From a virus: a stretch of 64,000 bases of DNA. The number at the start of each line of letters is the position of its first letter. The stretch's first letter is position 1. Below are positions 11,042 to 21,149 of this stretch, piece after piece. The stretch lies in the IMG/VR virus record IMGVR_UViG_3300047497_000079, positions 17,637 through 81,636 of that record; one strand, written 5' to 3'. Both the position numbers and the translations under genes were made by a program. The notes beneath the pieces were generated by a model. The model was given only the letters and a program-made list of their open reading frames with translations. It was not told where the DNA came from and did not search any database.

Positions 11042-12443
11042 CCTATCTAATACCGTCAATGATTATGTGAATGCACTCGACGCGGCAATCGGATGGATAA
11101 ATTCCGTTACCACGGGTCTCAATGTCGTCACGGCAAATTCGATCTCGGCTAATTCTGGAAGCATCTTATCGCTAGGTGCGAACTCCGTTTCTGCCAATTC
11201 CTTAGCCGTCGTAAATACGTTAACTCTCGGGGGTGTTAACGTCGCCATTCAGAGTACCAATATCATTGGCGCGGGTCTTATTTCCGGTTCGGGCAATCTT
11301 GCTGCCAATGTGACCCTAACGGTAACGGCCGCCGCAGGGTCGGATATCAACGCTGGAACGAATAATTCGATTGTTGTGACGCCCTATGCGCTCGCACAGT
11401 CAAATTTGAGCATTAGTGCCTTGAATCTAAAGGCTCCGTTGGCATCCCCGGCCTTGACCGGAACGCCCACGGCACCCACCCCGGCCAATACGTCGAATGC
11501 AAACACCGTGGCTACGACGGCGTTTGTCAACAATGTACTTTCGAGCTATGCTTCTCTAAATGCACCTACTTTTTCAGGTGTTCCTTCGTGTAGTACCGCC
11601 GCTATTGGTGCAGCCAATAGCCAAATTGCAACTACTTATTTTGTCGCGCAGTCTGTAGCTACCATAAATTCTCCAGCATTGACGGGAACACCGACAGCTC
11701 CCACCCCCGCAAATACGTCCAATGCCAATACAATTGCTACGACAGCTTACGTAAAAAATAATTTGGCCTCTTATCTACCGCTATCAGGTGGAACAGTGAC
11801 TGGTTCATTGGGTGTTACCGGTTCATTGACCGTTAACACTGGTAGTCTAGGGAATACATATGCCTCTGGTTTAACCCTTTACTCAAGTGATTATACGGGC
11901 AATTCGACTTCACCAACAGAATTAGTCATTCAAACCAATGGCGTGACGGGAAATTGGCAGATTAATCTATGGAATGGATCTGGATCGACCGGAAGTCTTA
12001 ATTTTGGAATGCCATCAGTAACAGCGACAACCCCTTCTTTTGGAGATAACTCTACTAAATTAGCGACCACGGCTTTTGTCAGCCAAGCTATTTCTAATTC
12101 TTCAAGTATTGCGTTTCTGAACAAAACTGCACAGAGCTTTTCAGGAGGATTTAGGGTAACCTCTTATAGCGTAGGGACCGGTTCGTTTACGTGCGACCCT
12201 GGAAACGGTCCTTATCAATATGTCACGAATAATGGAAGCATGACGATTACCGCTCCATCTTATGATGGCGGATTTGATCTCCTAATTACCAATACGAGTA
12301 CGCCAGGTGTCGTAGCATTTTCAGGCTTCACAGTAAATAGTTCAACTGGTGATACAATCACAACATCCGCAAGTGCTGAGTTTATCGTTTCAATTAGACG
12401 CATAAATGGCGTATCTACATACTTTGTAAAGGCACTTCAGTAA
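11019..12443 (+). CDS. Tail fibre protein
   Basis: Repeated fibre motif SPALTGTPTAPTPANTSNANT[VI]ATTA[FY]V and YLPLSGGTVTG. Confidence 0.8.
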   Translation: MSYLNTVSLSNTVNDYVNALDAAIGWINSVTTGLNVVTANSISANSGSILSLGANSVSANSLAVVNTLTLGGVNVAIQSTNIIGAGLISGSGNLAANVTLTVTAAAGSDINAGTNNSIVVTPYALAQSNLSISALNLKAPLASPALTGTPTAPTPANTSNANTVATTAFVNNVLSSYASLNAPTFSGVPSCSTAAIGAANSQIATTYFVAQSVATINSPALTGTPTAPTPANTSNANTIATTAYVKNNLASYLPLSGGTVTGSLGVTGSLTVNTGSLGNTYASGLTLYSSDYTGNSTSPTELVIQTNGVTGNWQINLWNGSGSTGSLNFGMPSVTATTPSFGDNSTKLATTAFVSQAISNSSSIAFLNKTAQSFSGGFRVTSYSVGTGSFTCDPGNGPYQYVTNNGSMTITAPSYDGGFDLLITNTSTPGVVAFSGFTVNSSTGDTITTSASAEFIVSIRRINGVSTYFVKALQ

Positions 12444-12444
12444 C

Positions 12445-13524
12445 ATGTTTTTCCCGGTCGGCATCTTTGGGGGGACGACGCCATATTCAAATACTTGGAA
12501 TGAAATTTCTTCTTATCCCATAAGTGTAGGTGGTCTATCTGCTGTTACACTTTCTAACAATTATGTAATAGCCTTTGGTGGAAATTTCCCGATTACTCCA
12601 GAGACTTATGCAAGTGTGTCGACTTCTACTACATCATATGGTTATTCTGTTGTCACCAATTCTTGGAGTGAATTGGCAAACGTACCTTTGGGTATATGTT
12701 TCAATGGAGTAGCTGTTCTCTCCAACAATAGTGTTGTTACTGTAGGCGGTTCTTGGTCTAACTCGGGATATTATTCAGGAAGCTCCGCTTATTGGAATTA
12801 TTATTCTTTACTAGAACCGACAAGCAATTGTTACTTATATAGTCCTAGCGCAAATTCTTGGAGTGCATTCTCATCTTATCCAATTGCAGCAACGGGTGTA
12901 ACTTGTTCAACACTTTTAAATGGCAATGTTTTAGCTGTAGGCGGTGATGCTTGGAGTTACAGTCAAAATTTATCAACCCAAGTCAATTATGTTAATGAAA
13001 CCTTTATCACTCAGTCGTGTTATCTTCTTAATGGTAACACTTGGAATAGTGCAGCATCTTACCCAATTCCTATTACGAATGCAGGTTCAGCAAGATTTCC
13101 AAATGGTTCCGTTTTAGTGGTCGGTGGATTTACAAATAACTCAATAGCTACGACATCATGTTATCGATATGATCCGTCACCAAATACGTGGACACAAGTA
13201 AGCCATTTACCATTATCGCTTGGCTTTGTAAGTTGTTCACCTTTAAGAGATGGTACTGTATTAGCAGTTGGTGGTGCTTCCAGTAAAACGACAGCACCTT
13301 CGTCTGTGACATATAGATTTACTCCAAGCAGCAATACTTGGAGTAATGTTTCATCCTGCCCTTTAGGCGCAGGTGCCGTAGGGCTTACCAATTTAGCTAA
13401 TGGTTCCGTTATCGCCGTCACCGGTGCTACAGGATTTGATTTAGCTGTGCAGGAAGATGGAAACGACGATGTATCCTGTACTTTAGTTTCTTCCGTGACA
13501 AACTTGGGTTATAGATATGATTGA
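12445..13524 (+). CDS. Kelch-repeat beta-propeller protein, putative fibre-associated or receptor-binding
   Basis: About six repeats of NG.VL.VGG...CY.Y.P..NTW....YP. Confidence 0.8.
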   Translation: MFFPVGIFGGTTPYSNTWNEISSYPISVGGLSAVTLSNNYVIAFGGNFPITPETYASVSTSTTSYGYSVVTNSWSELANVPLGICFNGVAVLSNNSVVTVGGSWSNSGYYSGSSAYWNYYSLLEPTSNCYLYSPSANSWSAFSSYPIAATGVTCSTLLNGNVLAVGGDAWSYSQNLSTQVNYVNETFITQSCYLLNGNTWNSAASYPIPITNAGSARFPNGSVLVVGGFTNNSIATTSCYRYDPSPNTWTQVSHLPLSLGFVSCSPLRDGTVLAVGGASSKTTAPSSVTYRFTPSSNTWSNVSSCPLGAGAVGLTNLANGSVIAVTGATGFDLAVQEDGNDDVSCTLVSSVTNLGYRYD

Positions 13525-13536
13525 ATAAATAATTGC

Positions 13537-14160
13537 ATGAATAATATCATTCCACTTCTCACTTTTGCATGGGCATGTGATCAAATCCTCGTTTACGAGG
13601 GTTCCGAATATACCGACGATCCCGATGACGCCGGTGGTCCCACTAAATGGGGTGTGACGCTCGAAGATTACCGCGAGAACATCAATCCACAGGGCACCGC
13701 GAATGACATCAAGAATTTGTCACGCGATACCGCTATTCAAGATTATAAGCTGCATTACTGGGACCCCATAAAGGGAGACGACCTGCCATTCTATATGGCT
13801 TTCCTCATCTTCGATTTCGGGGTCAATTCCGGTATCGGTCATGCCGTGAAATATGCTCAGGCCGTTATGAACATCACTCAGGACGGTTCCGTAGGCCCTG
13901 TGTTTGAAGCGGCCGCCGCCGCGTTCAATCCTACGACTTTCATCGAACAGTTTTCCGCTGCCAAGGAAACGTTTTATCGAGGTCTCGGTAACTTCTGGAA
14001 ATATGGATCGGGATGGCTGTCTAGGGCCGAGACCTCCAAGGCCCTTGCTACGGCAATTGTCACCGAATTCGGTGCGGCCAAAGTCACCCCTGATGATACG
14101 ACTACGGAGGACACTCCGGACGTCGCTCAAGGCGACCTCCTGGTTAAGAGTACTCAATAA
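13537..14160 (+). CDS. Glycoside hydrolase family 108 lysozyme with peptidoglycan-binding domain
   Basis: EG.EY.DDPDDAGGPTKWGVT, FDFGVNSG, GWLSR. Confidence 0.85.
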   Translation: MNNIIPLLTFAWACDQILVYEGSEYTDDPDDAGGPTKWGVTLEDYRENINPQGTANDIKNLSRDTAIQDYKLHYWDPIKGDDLPFYMAFLIFDFGVNSGIGHAVKYAQAVMNITQDGSVGPVFEAAAAAFNPTTFIEQFSAAKETFYRGLGNFWKYGSGWLSRAETSKALATAIVTEFGAAKVTPDDTTTEDTPDVAQGDLLVKSTQ

Positions 14161-14189
14161 AAAAGCGGCGGTATCACCCGCCGCTTTTT
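14159..14189. terminator. Bidirectional intrinsic terminator
   Basis: AAAAAGCGGCGG-tatcac-CCGCCGCTTTTT between convergent genes. Confidence 0.85.
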
Positions 14190-14207
14190 GTTTGCGCGTC
14201 AGCTCGT

Positions 14208-14468
14208 CTAATTCATAACACGCCGGCGGGATCCATTGGAATTCGCCCCGCCTTTCCTTCCTGCCGCGGCCGCTAAGTCCCTATTGAGGGAAAACGAGCG
14301 CTTTTCGTTGGATACGTTCAACCCACCCTTCCGTCCAGCCCTCACCGCCAAGTCCCGATCCTTGGAAAACGCGCGATCTTTTGCTTTGACCGCATGTCCT
14401 CCCATCGCTGCAATTTTTCTCCGTTTTTCGAGGTCCATGGACGCAAAGCCTCTGCTCTTCATGATCAA
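14208..14468 (-). CDS. KGG-repeat general stress protein
   Basis: RGFASMDLEKRRKIAAMGG followed by two FS.[DN]RDLA..AGRKGG repeats. Confidence 0.85.
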   Translation of the reverse strand: MIMKSRGFASMDLEKRRKIAAMGGHAVKAKDRAFSKDRDLAVRAGRKGGLNVSNEKRSFSLNRDLAAAAGRKGGANSNGSRRRVMN

Positions 14469-14535
14469 CTATCCTTTCGATTAGCTTGCCGGATCAATAA
14501 ATACTCGAAGCAAGTTCGAGCGAGAACTCAAATAT

Positions 14536-15276
14536 ATGACGAAACCTACCAACCGGGAAGAGCTAAAGTGTTATGCGCTAAGAGCACTTGGTCAACCTGT
14601 TATTAACGTAAATGTGTCTGATGATCAGTTGGAGGACCGTCTCGACGATGCCTTGAGCATCTTCCGGGAATGGCATCATCTTGGGACGGTGCGTGGCTAT
14701 CTGAAATACCAGATGCAGGCCCAGGATATCACTAACGAGTATCTCACTCTCCCTGAAAACGTTCAGGAGGTCACGCGGCTGCTAAACTACGATACATCCT
14801 ATGGAGCGGCTCTGTTTTCACCAATCCCGTACGCCAAATATACATATATGTATAATTACAATTTCGGCGGCGGCGCGGGGCAGATCTATGGATATTCGGT
14901 CGCTCTATCGAACCTGGAGCAGCTCGACGAGCAGCTCGGCCAGAAGATGGATTTTCAGTACAATCGCTATAATAACCAGCTCTTCATCGAGACCGATTGG
15001 GTCGACTTTCAGGCTGGGAATTACCTCGTCATGGAGGCTTATTTCACCCAGGACGTGGAAGGCATGTATGGCGACATCTGGCTTCAGCGCTATTTCACGG
15101 CGCTCGTTAAGAAACAGTGGGGCAACAACCTCGGAAAGTATTCGAACATACAGCTCTTGAACGGAATCACGTTCAACGGTGAGCAGATCATGGCTCAGGC
15201 CGAAGCCGACATCGAAAAACTGACAGAGGACCTGGAGAAGAAGTTCACGCTTCCGGCTATTGGTTTGATTTACTAA
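14536..15276 (+). CDS. gp13: Neck protein gp13
   Basis: REELKCYALRALGQPVINVNVSDDQLEDRLDDAL; WLQRYFTALVKKQWGNNLGKY. Confidence 0.92.
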   Translation: MTKPTNREELKCYALRALGQPVINVNVSDDQLEDRLDDALSIFREWHHLGTVRGYLKYQMQAQDITNEYLTLPENVQEVTRLLNYDTSYGAALFSPIPYAKYTYMYNYNFGGGAGQIYGYSVALSNLEQLDEQLGQKMDFQYNRYNNQLFIETDWVDFQAGNYLVMEAYFTQDVEGMYGDIWLQRYFTALVKKQWGNNLGKYSNIQLLNGITFNGEQIMAQAEADIEKLTEDLEKKFTLPAIGLIY

Positions 15277-15668
15277 TGCTTGGATTTGCGCAGTTTGTAA
15301 GGGAAGAGATCGGTGACCCTTTAAACTCCGATCACATGACACATCACTTGCCTCATTCGCCTTATGGTGATCATTCGAACCCCAGAGGCTTGCTCAAGCT
15401 TTTTGCTGCCACACGGGCCAAAGCTACCGCGCGTAGGTCTGAACCTGAGAACGTGCCTTTGCACCGTATACGGGCGACCAATAAATACATTGGCAAAAAG
15501 CGTGGCAAGTACGACGCCTTCCCCGATCACGAAGAGCCGGTCCTCGCGAAGGTTCTAGGCACTTATCATATCCTCGACGGTCATCATCGTATTCATAGAG
15601 CCGTCGAGAAACGTGCTAAGTCCGTTCGGGCTCATGTCTACCATGTGAAGAAACACGAGGTAGAGTGA
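15276..15668 (+). CDS. ParB/Srx-like domain protein with capsid-targeting-like N-terminus
   Basis: Starts MLGFAQFVRE; EPV....GTYHILDGHHRI.RA....V.AHVY. Confidence 0.65.
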   Translation: MLGFAQFVREEIGDPLNSDHMTHHLPHSPYGDHSNPRGLLKLFAATRAKATARRSEPENVPLHRIRATNKYIGKKRGKYDAFPDHEEPVLAKVLGTYHILDGHHRIHRAVEKRAKSVRAHVYHVKKHEVE

Positions 15669-16090
15669 TGAAGTCTTTTCATCGATTCGTTGTTGAAGTT
15701 AATGAGTTTGAGCGCTTGCATCCGCGCGACGATAATGGACAATTTACGGATAAAATCATACAGGGCATGAGGGAGCTTGACCGCCATTTTGATAGAGCAG
15801 GTGATTACCTAGAGAGGAAATATGGTAATAGTTTCAGGAAAGCGATGGATAAGGAGATAAATCGCCCTACTTCGGATGCTATGAAAGATCTGGCTCTATC
15901 AATGGTTCCAGGATATGGTCTCTATAAACAAGCAAAGAAGTTCAGTCAAATAGCAAATGCTAGAGGTTATCGCTGGTATTATCCTAAATACGATCCTATG
16001 TTGGATAAACGGCTTACTCCAAAAGAGAGAAAAAAACTTTTGAAAGGCAAACAGTCTGGGTTGTCAAAAAAGCCGACATTAAGAAAATAA
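15668..16090 (+). CDS. Basic hypothetical protein with capsid-targeting-like N-terminus
   Basis: MKSFHRFVVE start; HPRDDNGQFT motif; Lys/Arg-rich tail. Confidence 0.6.
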   Translation: MKSFHRFVVEVNEFERLHPRDDNGQFTDKIIQGMRELDRHFDRAGDYLERKYGNSFRKAMDKEINRPTSDAMKDLALSMVPGYGLYKQAKKFSQIANARGYRWYYPKYDPMLDKRLTPKERKKLLKGKQSGLSKKPTLRK

Positions 16091-16091
16091 T

Positions 16092-16910
16092 ATGCCTTTA
16101 AATCCTTATTTTCAGAACTACACTAGCCTAAATGAGATGAATCTCTTACGTGCGCTTACCGAAGAGGCCATCCAGATCGGTGGCATCCTCGTCTATTACA
16201 TGCCGCGTACGGCTGGTTATGTTGATCCCCTGCTAGGGGAAGACTCGCTGTCCGAATACCCCTTGTGCGTCGACATGGAAGCCTTCCCGGAGACCATAGA
16301 GAACTGGGGCGGCACAGGCGAACTCATCTCACGCTTCACCGGCCTCACGTTCGACGAGAAGCTTACTCTATCCATCGCGCAGCACCGCTGGGCGCAAGAG
16401 CGCAACGAGATGCTCTATTTCACGACGGCCGAGATGATCACCTACGCCGGCACGAACCTGTTCACGCTCACCGGGGGTGTCGAACAGTCGTCCTCGGGCT
16501 ATGTGCTGCCGAACGTCCCGAAGGAAAACGATCTCATCTTCATCCCGACCTTCAACCGGATCTTCGTCATCAACCACGTCGACCGTGACAAGGACTTCTT
16601 CCCCCTTGGCGTGCTGCCGACATACACCCTTACCTGCGGTGTATGGGATTACTCATCCGAACGGCTGTCTACGGGCTTCACGGGCATCGATATCTTCCAG
16701 ACCCAGTATTCGACCGATGTCCTCTCACAGGGTCAGATCATAGATGCTACGGGCAACAACGTCCTCACGTCCTCGGGCGATCTCCTCATCGACAATACCG
16801 ATACGCTCGACAACGATCCTTTCGCGGGTAACGACGAGATCCAAGGCACGGCAGATGTGTCGGTTATCTGCGATGAAGACAATCCCCTGGCCGGGAAGAA
16901 AACGTATTAA
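16092..16910 (+). CDS. gp14: Neck/head completion protein gp14
   Basis: LNPYF..EAIQIGG..VYYMPR..DPLLGED; PKENDLIFIP; Y.LTC..WDYSSE. Confidence 0.9.
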   Translation: MPLNPYFQNYTSLNEMNLLRALTEEAIQIGGILVYYMPRTAGYVDPLLGEDSLSEYPLCVDMEAFPETIENWGGTGELISRFTGLTFDEKLTLSIAQHRWAQERNEMLYFTTAEMITYAGTNLFTLTGGVEQSSSGYVLPNVPKENDLIFIPTFNRIFVINHVDRDKDFFPLGVLPTYTLTCGVWDYSSERLSTGFTGIDIFQTQYSTDVLSQGQIIDATGNNVLTSSGDLLIDNTDTLDNDPFAGNDEIQGTADVSVICDEDNPLAGKKTY

Positions 16911-16924
16911 AAGGAATAACGGCA

Positions 16925-17269
16925 ATGAATAAAAAAATGGAGCAAACTGCTGCCAGACACAAGTCGAGAGCATTGCATCACCACAGAGAATATGTGGAAC
17001 ATAGTATTTTAGCTGATCATCATAAAAAACAAGCAGAACATTTTCAGCAAAAAGCACAACATCACTGGGACAAAGCTCATGCTTCTGCTTATGGAACTAA
17101 AGAATATGAACAACATTTTCGTGAAGCGAGAGCACATGAACATGTAGCTGGCTATCATTACAACCATTCTAATGATGCCAGCAACAAGGCTAGTAATCAT
17201 AATATTCTGTATAAACATTATCGTAAGGCCCATGCAACCTTGATGCGGTCTGCTAAAAAACTGAAGTGA
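16925..17269 (+). CDS. His/Ala-rich helical-repeat protein
   Basis: AAGGA RBS; periodic His residues (HHHRE, ADHHKKQAEH, AHEH). Confidence 0.65.
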   Translation: MNKKMEQTAARHKSRALHHHREYVEHSILADHHKKQAEHFQQKAQHHWDKAHASAYGTKEYEQHFREARAHEHVAGYHYNHSNDASNKASNHNILYKHYRKAHATLMRSAKKLK

Positions 17270-17287
17270 TGTTCATATAAATAGTAG

Positions 17288-18223
17288 ATGTTTGGCAACG
17301 CCTACTTCTTCAACGGCCTCCTCCGCATCTATATCGCCGTGTTCGGTAAGATGTTCGACGACATCCGAATCCAGCGTAAGGACGCCTCGGGGAATACAAT
17401 CCAGGAGCTGCCCGTCTCGGTTTCCTATGGTCCCAAGGAAAAGTGGCTAAGAAGGATCACCGAAGATCCGAACATGACCCAGCAGCTCGCATTCATTACG
17501 CCTCGCATGGCCTATGAGATGACGGGCCTTCAGCACGTTCCCGAACAGCAGACATCCCAGCTCCAGCGCCTCACGAACGTTACATCGGGCCAGGAGATGC
17601 TTTCCCAGTACAAGTGGACGACCTACAAGCTCAATTTCGCCCTGTACGTTCAGGCGAAGAACGAGATGGACCATTTCAACATCGTCGAGCAGATCATCCC
17701 GTTCTTCACTCCAGACTGGACGATGAAGGTCAACACCGTCCCGGCCATGGGCTACGAAGACAAGGTTTCCACGACCCTTGACAATCTCACGATTGACAAG
17801 ATGTACGAAGGAGATCTCGATTCCAAACGGGTAATTACCTGGACACTTAATTTTACGATGACGGCTCGCTTCTATGGGCCGATCTATCAACAGGGTCCAA
17901 TCCGCCGCGTGCTGATAGACCTTCTTGTTCCGGGTGGTACGGATCCCATCACCGTCGAAGACATCGTCGACACACCCCGCTCCGTGCGTATCACAGTCAC
18001 CCCTGGTGAAACGGCCAATGGCTACCCGACGACCGACCCCAACCAGTCCAAACCCTGGAACGAAATCAACGCTTCGGATGTGACGATGGACGGCCAGCAA
18101 GCTTGGGCTTACATCACGAAGATCATGGAATATGATGATAACAATCAGTTCAATCCGAATACCCTTACGGACCAGCCCGTAGGAACATTCCCCGTCGAAG
18201 CTATTCTCCGCACGGAAGAGTAG
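17288..18223 (+). CDS. gp15: Tail sheath stabiliser/terminator gp15
   Basis: MFG..FFN..R.YIAVFG.MFDDI; VSYGPKEKW; PRMAYEM; EQIIPFFTP; TATAAATA promoter 4 nt upstream. Confidence 0.92.
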   Translation: MFGNAYFFNGLLRIYIAVFGKMFDDIRIQRKDASGNTIQELPVSVSYGPKEKWLRRITEDPNMTQQLAFITPRMAYEMTGLQHVPEQQTSQLQRLTNVTSGQEMLSQYKWTTYKLNFALYVQAKNEMDHFNIVEQIIPFFTPDWTMKVNTVPAMGYEDKVSTTLDNLTIDKMYEGDLDSKRVITWTLNFTMTARFYGPIYQQGPIRRVLIDLLVPGGTDPITVEDIVDTPRSVRITVTPGETANGYPTTDPNQSKPWNEINASDVTMDGQQAWAYITKIMEYDDNNQFNPNTLTDQPVGTFPVEAILRTEE

Positions 18224-18240
18224 AATTCGGCGTTTTGGCG

Positions 18241-18269
18241 TTGCCAAAATCCCACATGGTTACTATACT
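18241..18269 (+). promoter_or_regulatory. Sigma70-type promoter
   Basis: TTGCCA-N17-TATACT upstream of ORF 18300. Confidence 0.6.
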
Positions 18270-18299
18270 GATCCCCTGTTAAATCGTCAGGGAAATGCC

Positions 18300-18500
18300 A
18301 TGCCTCGCTCAAATCACAAGTCTGCTAATCAGTCTCCCGAAGGCCGGTTCCTTCAAATGTTAGAAGCCGAAATGAGCCGGGAGCTTCTCCGGCGTGGGGT
18401 TCCTGAGGATACCGTCATAGATATATGCAACACGGCTTATAGGAATGCCGTTACCAAGTTTTCCGGCGGTCGCTGCCTTGAGCTGACGGCCCTTTCGTAA
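18300..18500 (+). CDS. Hypothetical protein
   Basis: ORF downstream of the sigma70-like promoter. Confidence 0.5.
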   Translation: MPRSNHKSANQSPEGRFLQMLEAEMSRELLRRGVPEDTVIDICNTAYRNAVTKFSGGRCLELTALS

Positions 18501-18504
18501 GGAG

Positions 18505-18798
18505 GTGGTGATGGCGATGAAGGTTATTGAAACGAGACGGCGCGGGCCGTTTGGCAAGCTGATGAAAGGGCTGTTTATCGCGGGCAATCTAGTTATGTTT
18601 TTCGTTACCGTGGGCTTGTTCTGGGCGTTTGAACACGCGAAGCTCGATCCTGCGAATATCCACGATACCAAGCTTCAAGACACACCATCGGCCGCTACGC
18701 TGGTCTTTACAATTCCTGCGTGGTTCGCGGTTTTCGTTGTCACGGGGATACTTGCTTTGATCACCCGAGGCCAAAAGGTGTATGTGCAGGAAACTTGA
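18505..18798 (+). CDS. Small membrane protein (2 TM)
   Basis: AGGAGG RBS; RRRGPFGK followed by two hydrophobic segments, ending LITRG. Confidence 0.7.
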   Translation: MVMAMKVIETRRRGPFGKLMKGLFIAGNLVMFFVTVGLFWAFEHAKLDPANIHDTKLQDTPSAATLVFTIPAWFAVFVVTGILALITRGQKVYVQET

Positions 18799-18800
18799 TC

Positions 18801-18874
18801 TGGTTCACCCTCATGGATTCGAACCACGGTTTTCTGATCCAAAGTCAGACGTCCTACCGCTAGACGAAGGGTGA
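18801..18874 (-). tRNA. tRNA-Gln(TTG)
   Basis: Cloverleaf on -: acceptor TCACCCT/AGGGTGA, anticodon arm TCTGA-CTTTGGA-TCAGA, GGTTCGAATCC, encoded CCA. Confidence 0.9.
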
Positions 18875-18886
18875 TCTGAATAAATG

Positions 18887-18919
18887 AAACCCGGTACAGT
18901 TTCCTGTACCGGGTTTTTT
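18887..18919 (+). terminator. Intrinsic terminator hairpin
   Basis: AAACCCGGTACAG-tttc-CTGTACCGGGTTTTTT. Confidence 0.75.
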
Positions 18920-18951
18920 GTTGCCTAGCACGTCGATGCGAGTGCGCCGTG

Positions 18952-19317
18952 TTACTCGGTGATGGCACTCATCATTTGCTGCGCTTGAAGGCTTTCTTCA
19001 ATAGCCGATTGCACCGCGCCGATGAACTGTGATTTTGCATCCTCACGGGCGTTTTCCGGGGCCGTGGACAGGATGAAGCCCGTGACAATTGCCAGAGCCG
19101 CTAGGCACACATTGTGGCCGTGCTCAGCGTCGTCGGGCAGGAGATCGATGATCTTCTCGGCGAGTTCTTCGACTTGAGTCTCGGCGTCGCCTTGGGGACC
19201 GGGGACGCCGGTATCGGAAGCGAAATCTGCAAGGCCCGCGCCGATGCTGTTGAGAGTAGTGTCACCCGCTTCAACTTGCATATCGCCGGGGAAAGCCTGA
19301 TCAAGAGAGTTCATCAT
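18952..19317 (-). CDS. Acidic hypothetical protein
   Basis: MMNSLDQAF... downstream of GAGGA RBS. Confidence 0.6.
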   Translation of the reverse strand: MMNSLDQAFPGDMQVEAGDTTLNSIGAGLADFASDTGVPGPQGDAETQVEELAEKIIDLLPDDAEHGHNVCLAALAIVTGFILSTAPENAREDAKSQFIGAVQSAIEESLQAQQMMSAITE

Positions 19318-19550
19318 GAGAGTATCCTCTGGGTTAGTGGTAGGGCGAATATGGATAGTACGCCCTACCATTCCAGGGATTTAGGCAGCTTTTGAGCTAG
19401 TAACCTTAACGGGACAAACTACGTCTTTGCAGGTTACCATATAACTTGTTTTGCCCCACTGACCAGATTTGATGTGTCTACAGACATAAAAAATCAAAAT
19501 GTCTTCAGAAAAAGGGGAAACTTCAAGGATCTTGATCGGTTCGCCATGTT

Positions 19551-19817
19551 TTATGTCGCGCCGGTCGCTGCCCAGGTATAAGTGACTTCCGCTCCAATAC
19601 CAAATCCTTGCTCTGTGGCGATTTCAACGACGATATCCTTCAAGATGTAGGCCATATCGTCGAGCGCATCATACAAATTATAGATCTCAGTCTGAAACTC
19701 GTTCTCCCACCGGCTCGTCAGCTCCTCCAACTTGCTGGAAATGTTATCCTGTGTGGTCCTGACGCGCTTCTCCAATTCGAGCAGTGTCTCTGTGTTATGC
19801 TGTATTCTGAACTCCAT
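19551..19817 (-). CDS. Hypothetical coiled-coil protein
   Basis: Overlaps the integrase 3' end; has RBS. Confidence 0.55.
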   Translation of the reverse strand: MEFRIQHNTETLLELEKRVRTTQDNISSKLEELTSRWENEFQTEIYNLYDALDDMAYILKDIVVEIATEQGFGIGAEVTYTWAATGAT

Positions 19818-21090
19818 ACTTCATGACAAAGGCTTCCTCCCTAAATTTAATGATCATTTGTTCCCATTTGTTTAACGCTTCAACTTTTTCATCGAGATAC
19901 TCATATAAGTTGTAAACTGCCGCAATCTGAGAATGAGCGACAACTCCCCCAGCAAGCGTATGATCGAGGATGGACTCGGTAACTTCGCGGGGAACTCCCA
20001 ATTTAGGGCGTGCAAAAGTTGTCGAGAAAGAACGGCGAAAATCATGCGGGGTCCAGTCTTCTGCCCATAATAGCTGCTTCTGTTCGCTAAGGGTGCCACA
20101 CCGCCTTTTGAGTTCGAACAATCCTTTTGAAAAGCCAGAGAACGGATTCTTATCGTTCCCCTCTGCCGGAAAAACATAAGGCGATGTTGTCCGCTCTATC
20201 GTCTTCATGATTTCGAATGCCGTTGGCGAAAGTGGTAATAATAGCTTCTTACCAGGGGATCGCTGCTTGGAATGTACAAAGATTTGGCGATCCTCTAAAT
20301 GAACGTTCTCCCATAGCAACTGCGTTATTTGTCCGCGTCTTGCACCAGTGAGCATAAGTAAGCGAACAATGTCTCCGTAATGTTTACCCTCATTCGACAT
20401 CTCTTCAGCAGCAAGATAGATTAATCCAAGTTCCGAGTTAGACACAACTCTGCTTCTTGGAATGTATTCGGAAACTTTTTTGATCTTAGCAGCGGGAGAC
20501 TCCTTTAATTGTTTTGCGTCGACTGCCCACGAAAAGAAACGCTTGATGTCCGAGACTGCATGATTTGCGGCACCATTTTTACCCTTACTCTTGAGATCAT
20601 CAATGATCTTCTGGATGTCCTGTTCGGTAACAGCGTTGATATCTTTTTCACCAAGGGAAAGACAAAATTTCCTATTCAACGTCCAGGATAACTCTTGAAC
20701 TGATCGTGGTCGCATTTTTGGTTTTGCATAGTTTTCGATATACTCATCTACTACCGCTGAGAAGGTTTGCTTTTCCTCGGGAGTAGACTCCATGACCTGT
20801 GATTTGGGTCGGTATTCACCATCGGTAATGCGAAGCTTAATTGTTTTTGCCTCGGCTCTGGCGTCTGCCAGTTTCATTTCGGGATAACGACCTACCGTGG
20901 CTTTCACACTCTTACCTTCGGGTGTATGGCCTACCACAATGTATGCAATGGCCCCTTTTTGAGACACACGCACTCCGAAACCTTTTAAGGTTTTGTCCCA
21001 AATGAAATATTGCTTACCCGTTTTCTTAAGATTTTGCAGAATTGTCTGTTGCAGATCCCGCCTATTATTATCCATCTTTTCGTTCTTCAT
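19795..21090 (-). CDS. int: Tyrosine recombinase/integrase with arm-DNA-binding N-terminal domain (P4-like)
   Basis: WDKTLKGFGVRVS..G; TGARRGQI (catalytic R); HDFRRSFST; LDH; VYNLYEYLDEK (catalytic Y). Confidence 0.95.
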   Translation of the reverse strand: MKNEKMDNNRRDLQQTILQNLKKTGKQYFIWDKTLKGFGVRVSQKGAIAYIVVGHTPEGKSVKATVGRYPEMKLADARAEAKTIKLRITDGEYRPKSQVMESTPEEKQTFSAVVDEYIENYAKPKMRPRSVQELSWTLNRKFCLSLGEKDINAVTEQDIQKIIDDLKSKGKNGAANHAVSDIKRFFSWAVDAKQLKESPAAKIKKVSEYIPRSRVVSNSELGLIYLAAEEMSNEGKHYGDIVRLLMLTGARRGQITQLLWENVHLEDRQIFVHSKQRSPGKKLLLPLSPTAFEIMKTIERTTSPYVFPAEGNDKNPFSGFSKGLFELKRRCGTLSEQKQLLWAEDWTPHDFRRSFSTTFARPKLGVPREVTESILDHTLAGGVVAHSQIAAVYNLYEYLDEKVEALNKWEQMIIKFREEAFVMKYGVQNTA

Positions 21091-21149
21091 ATTTCACTCC
21101 TTGCATCAACGAGTTTCATATGGGATTACCCCTTCCCTCCGTCAAGAAA

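Noticed and set aside
11440-11760. DGR template/variable repeat pair in the tail fibre
   Set aside because: The repeats are in-frame protein repeats with mostly synonymous differences; no reverse transcriptase seen
17447-18247. 266-aa antisense ORF and many similar shadow ORFs
   Set aside because: They lie opposite well-supported genes (here gp15) and show no motifs
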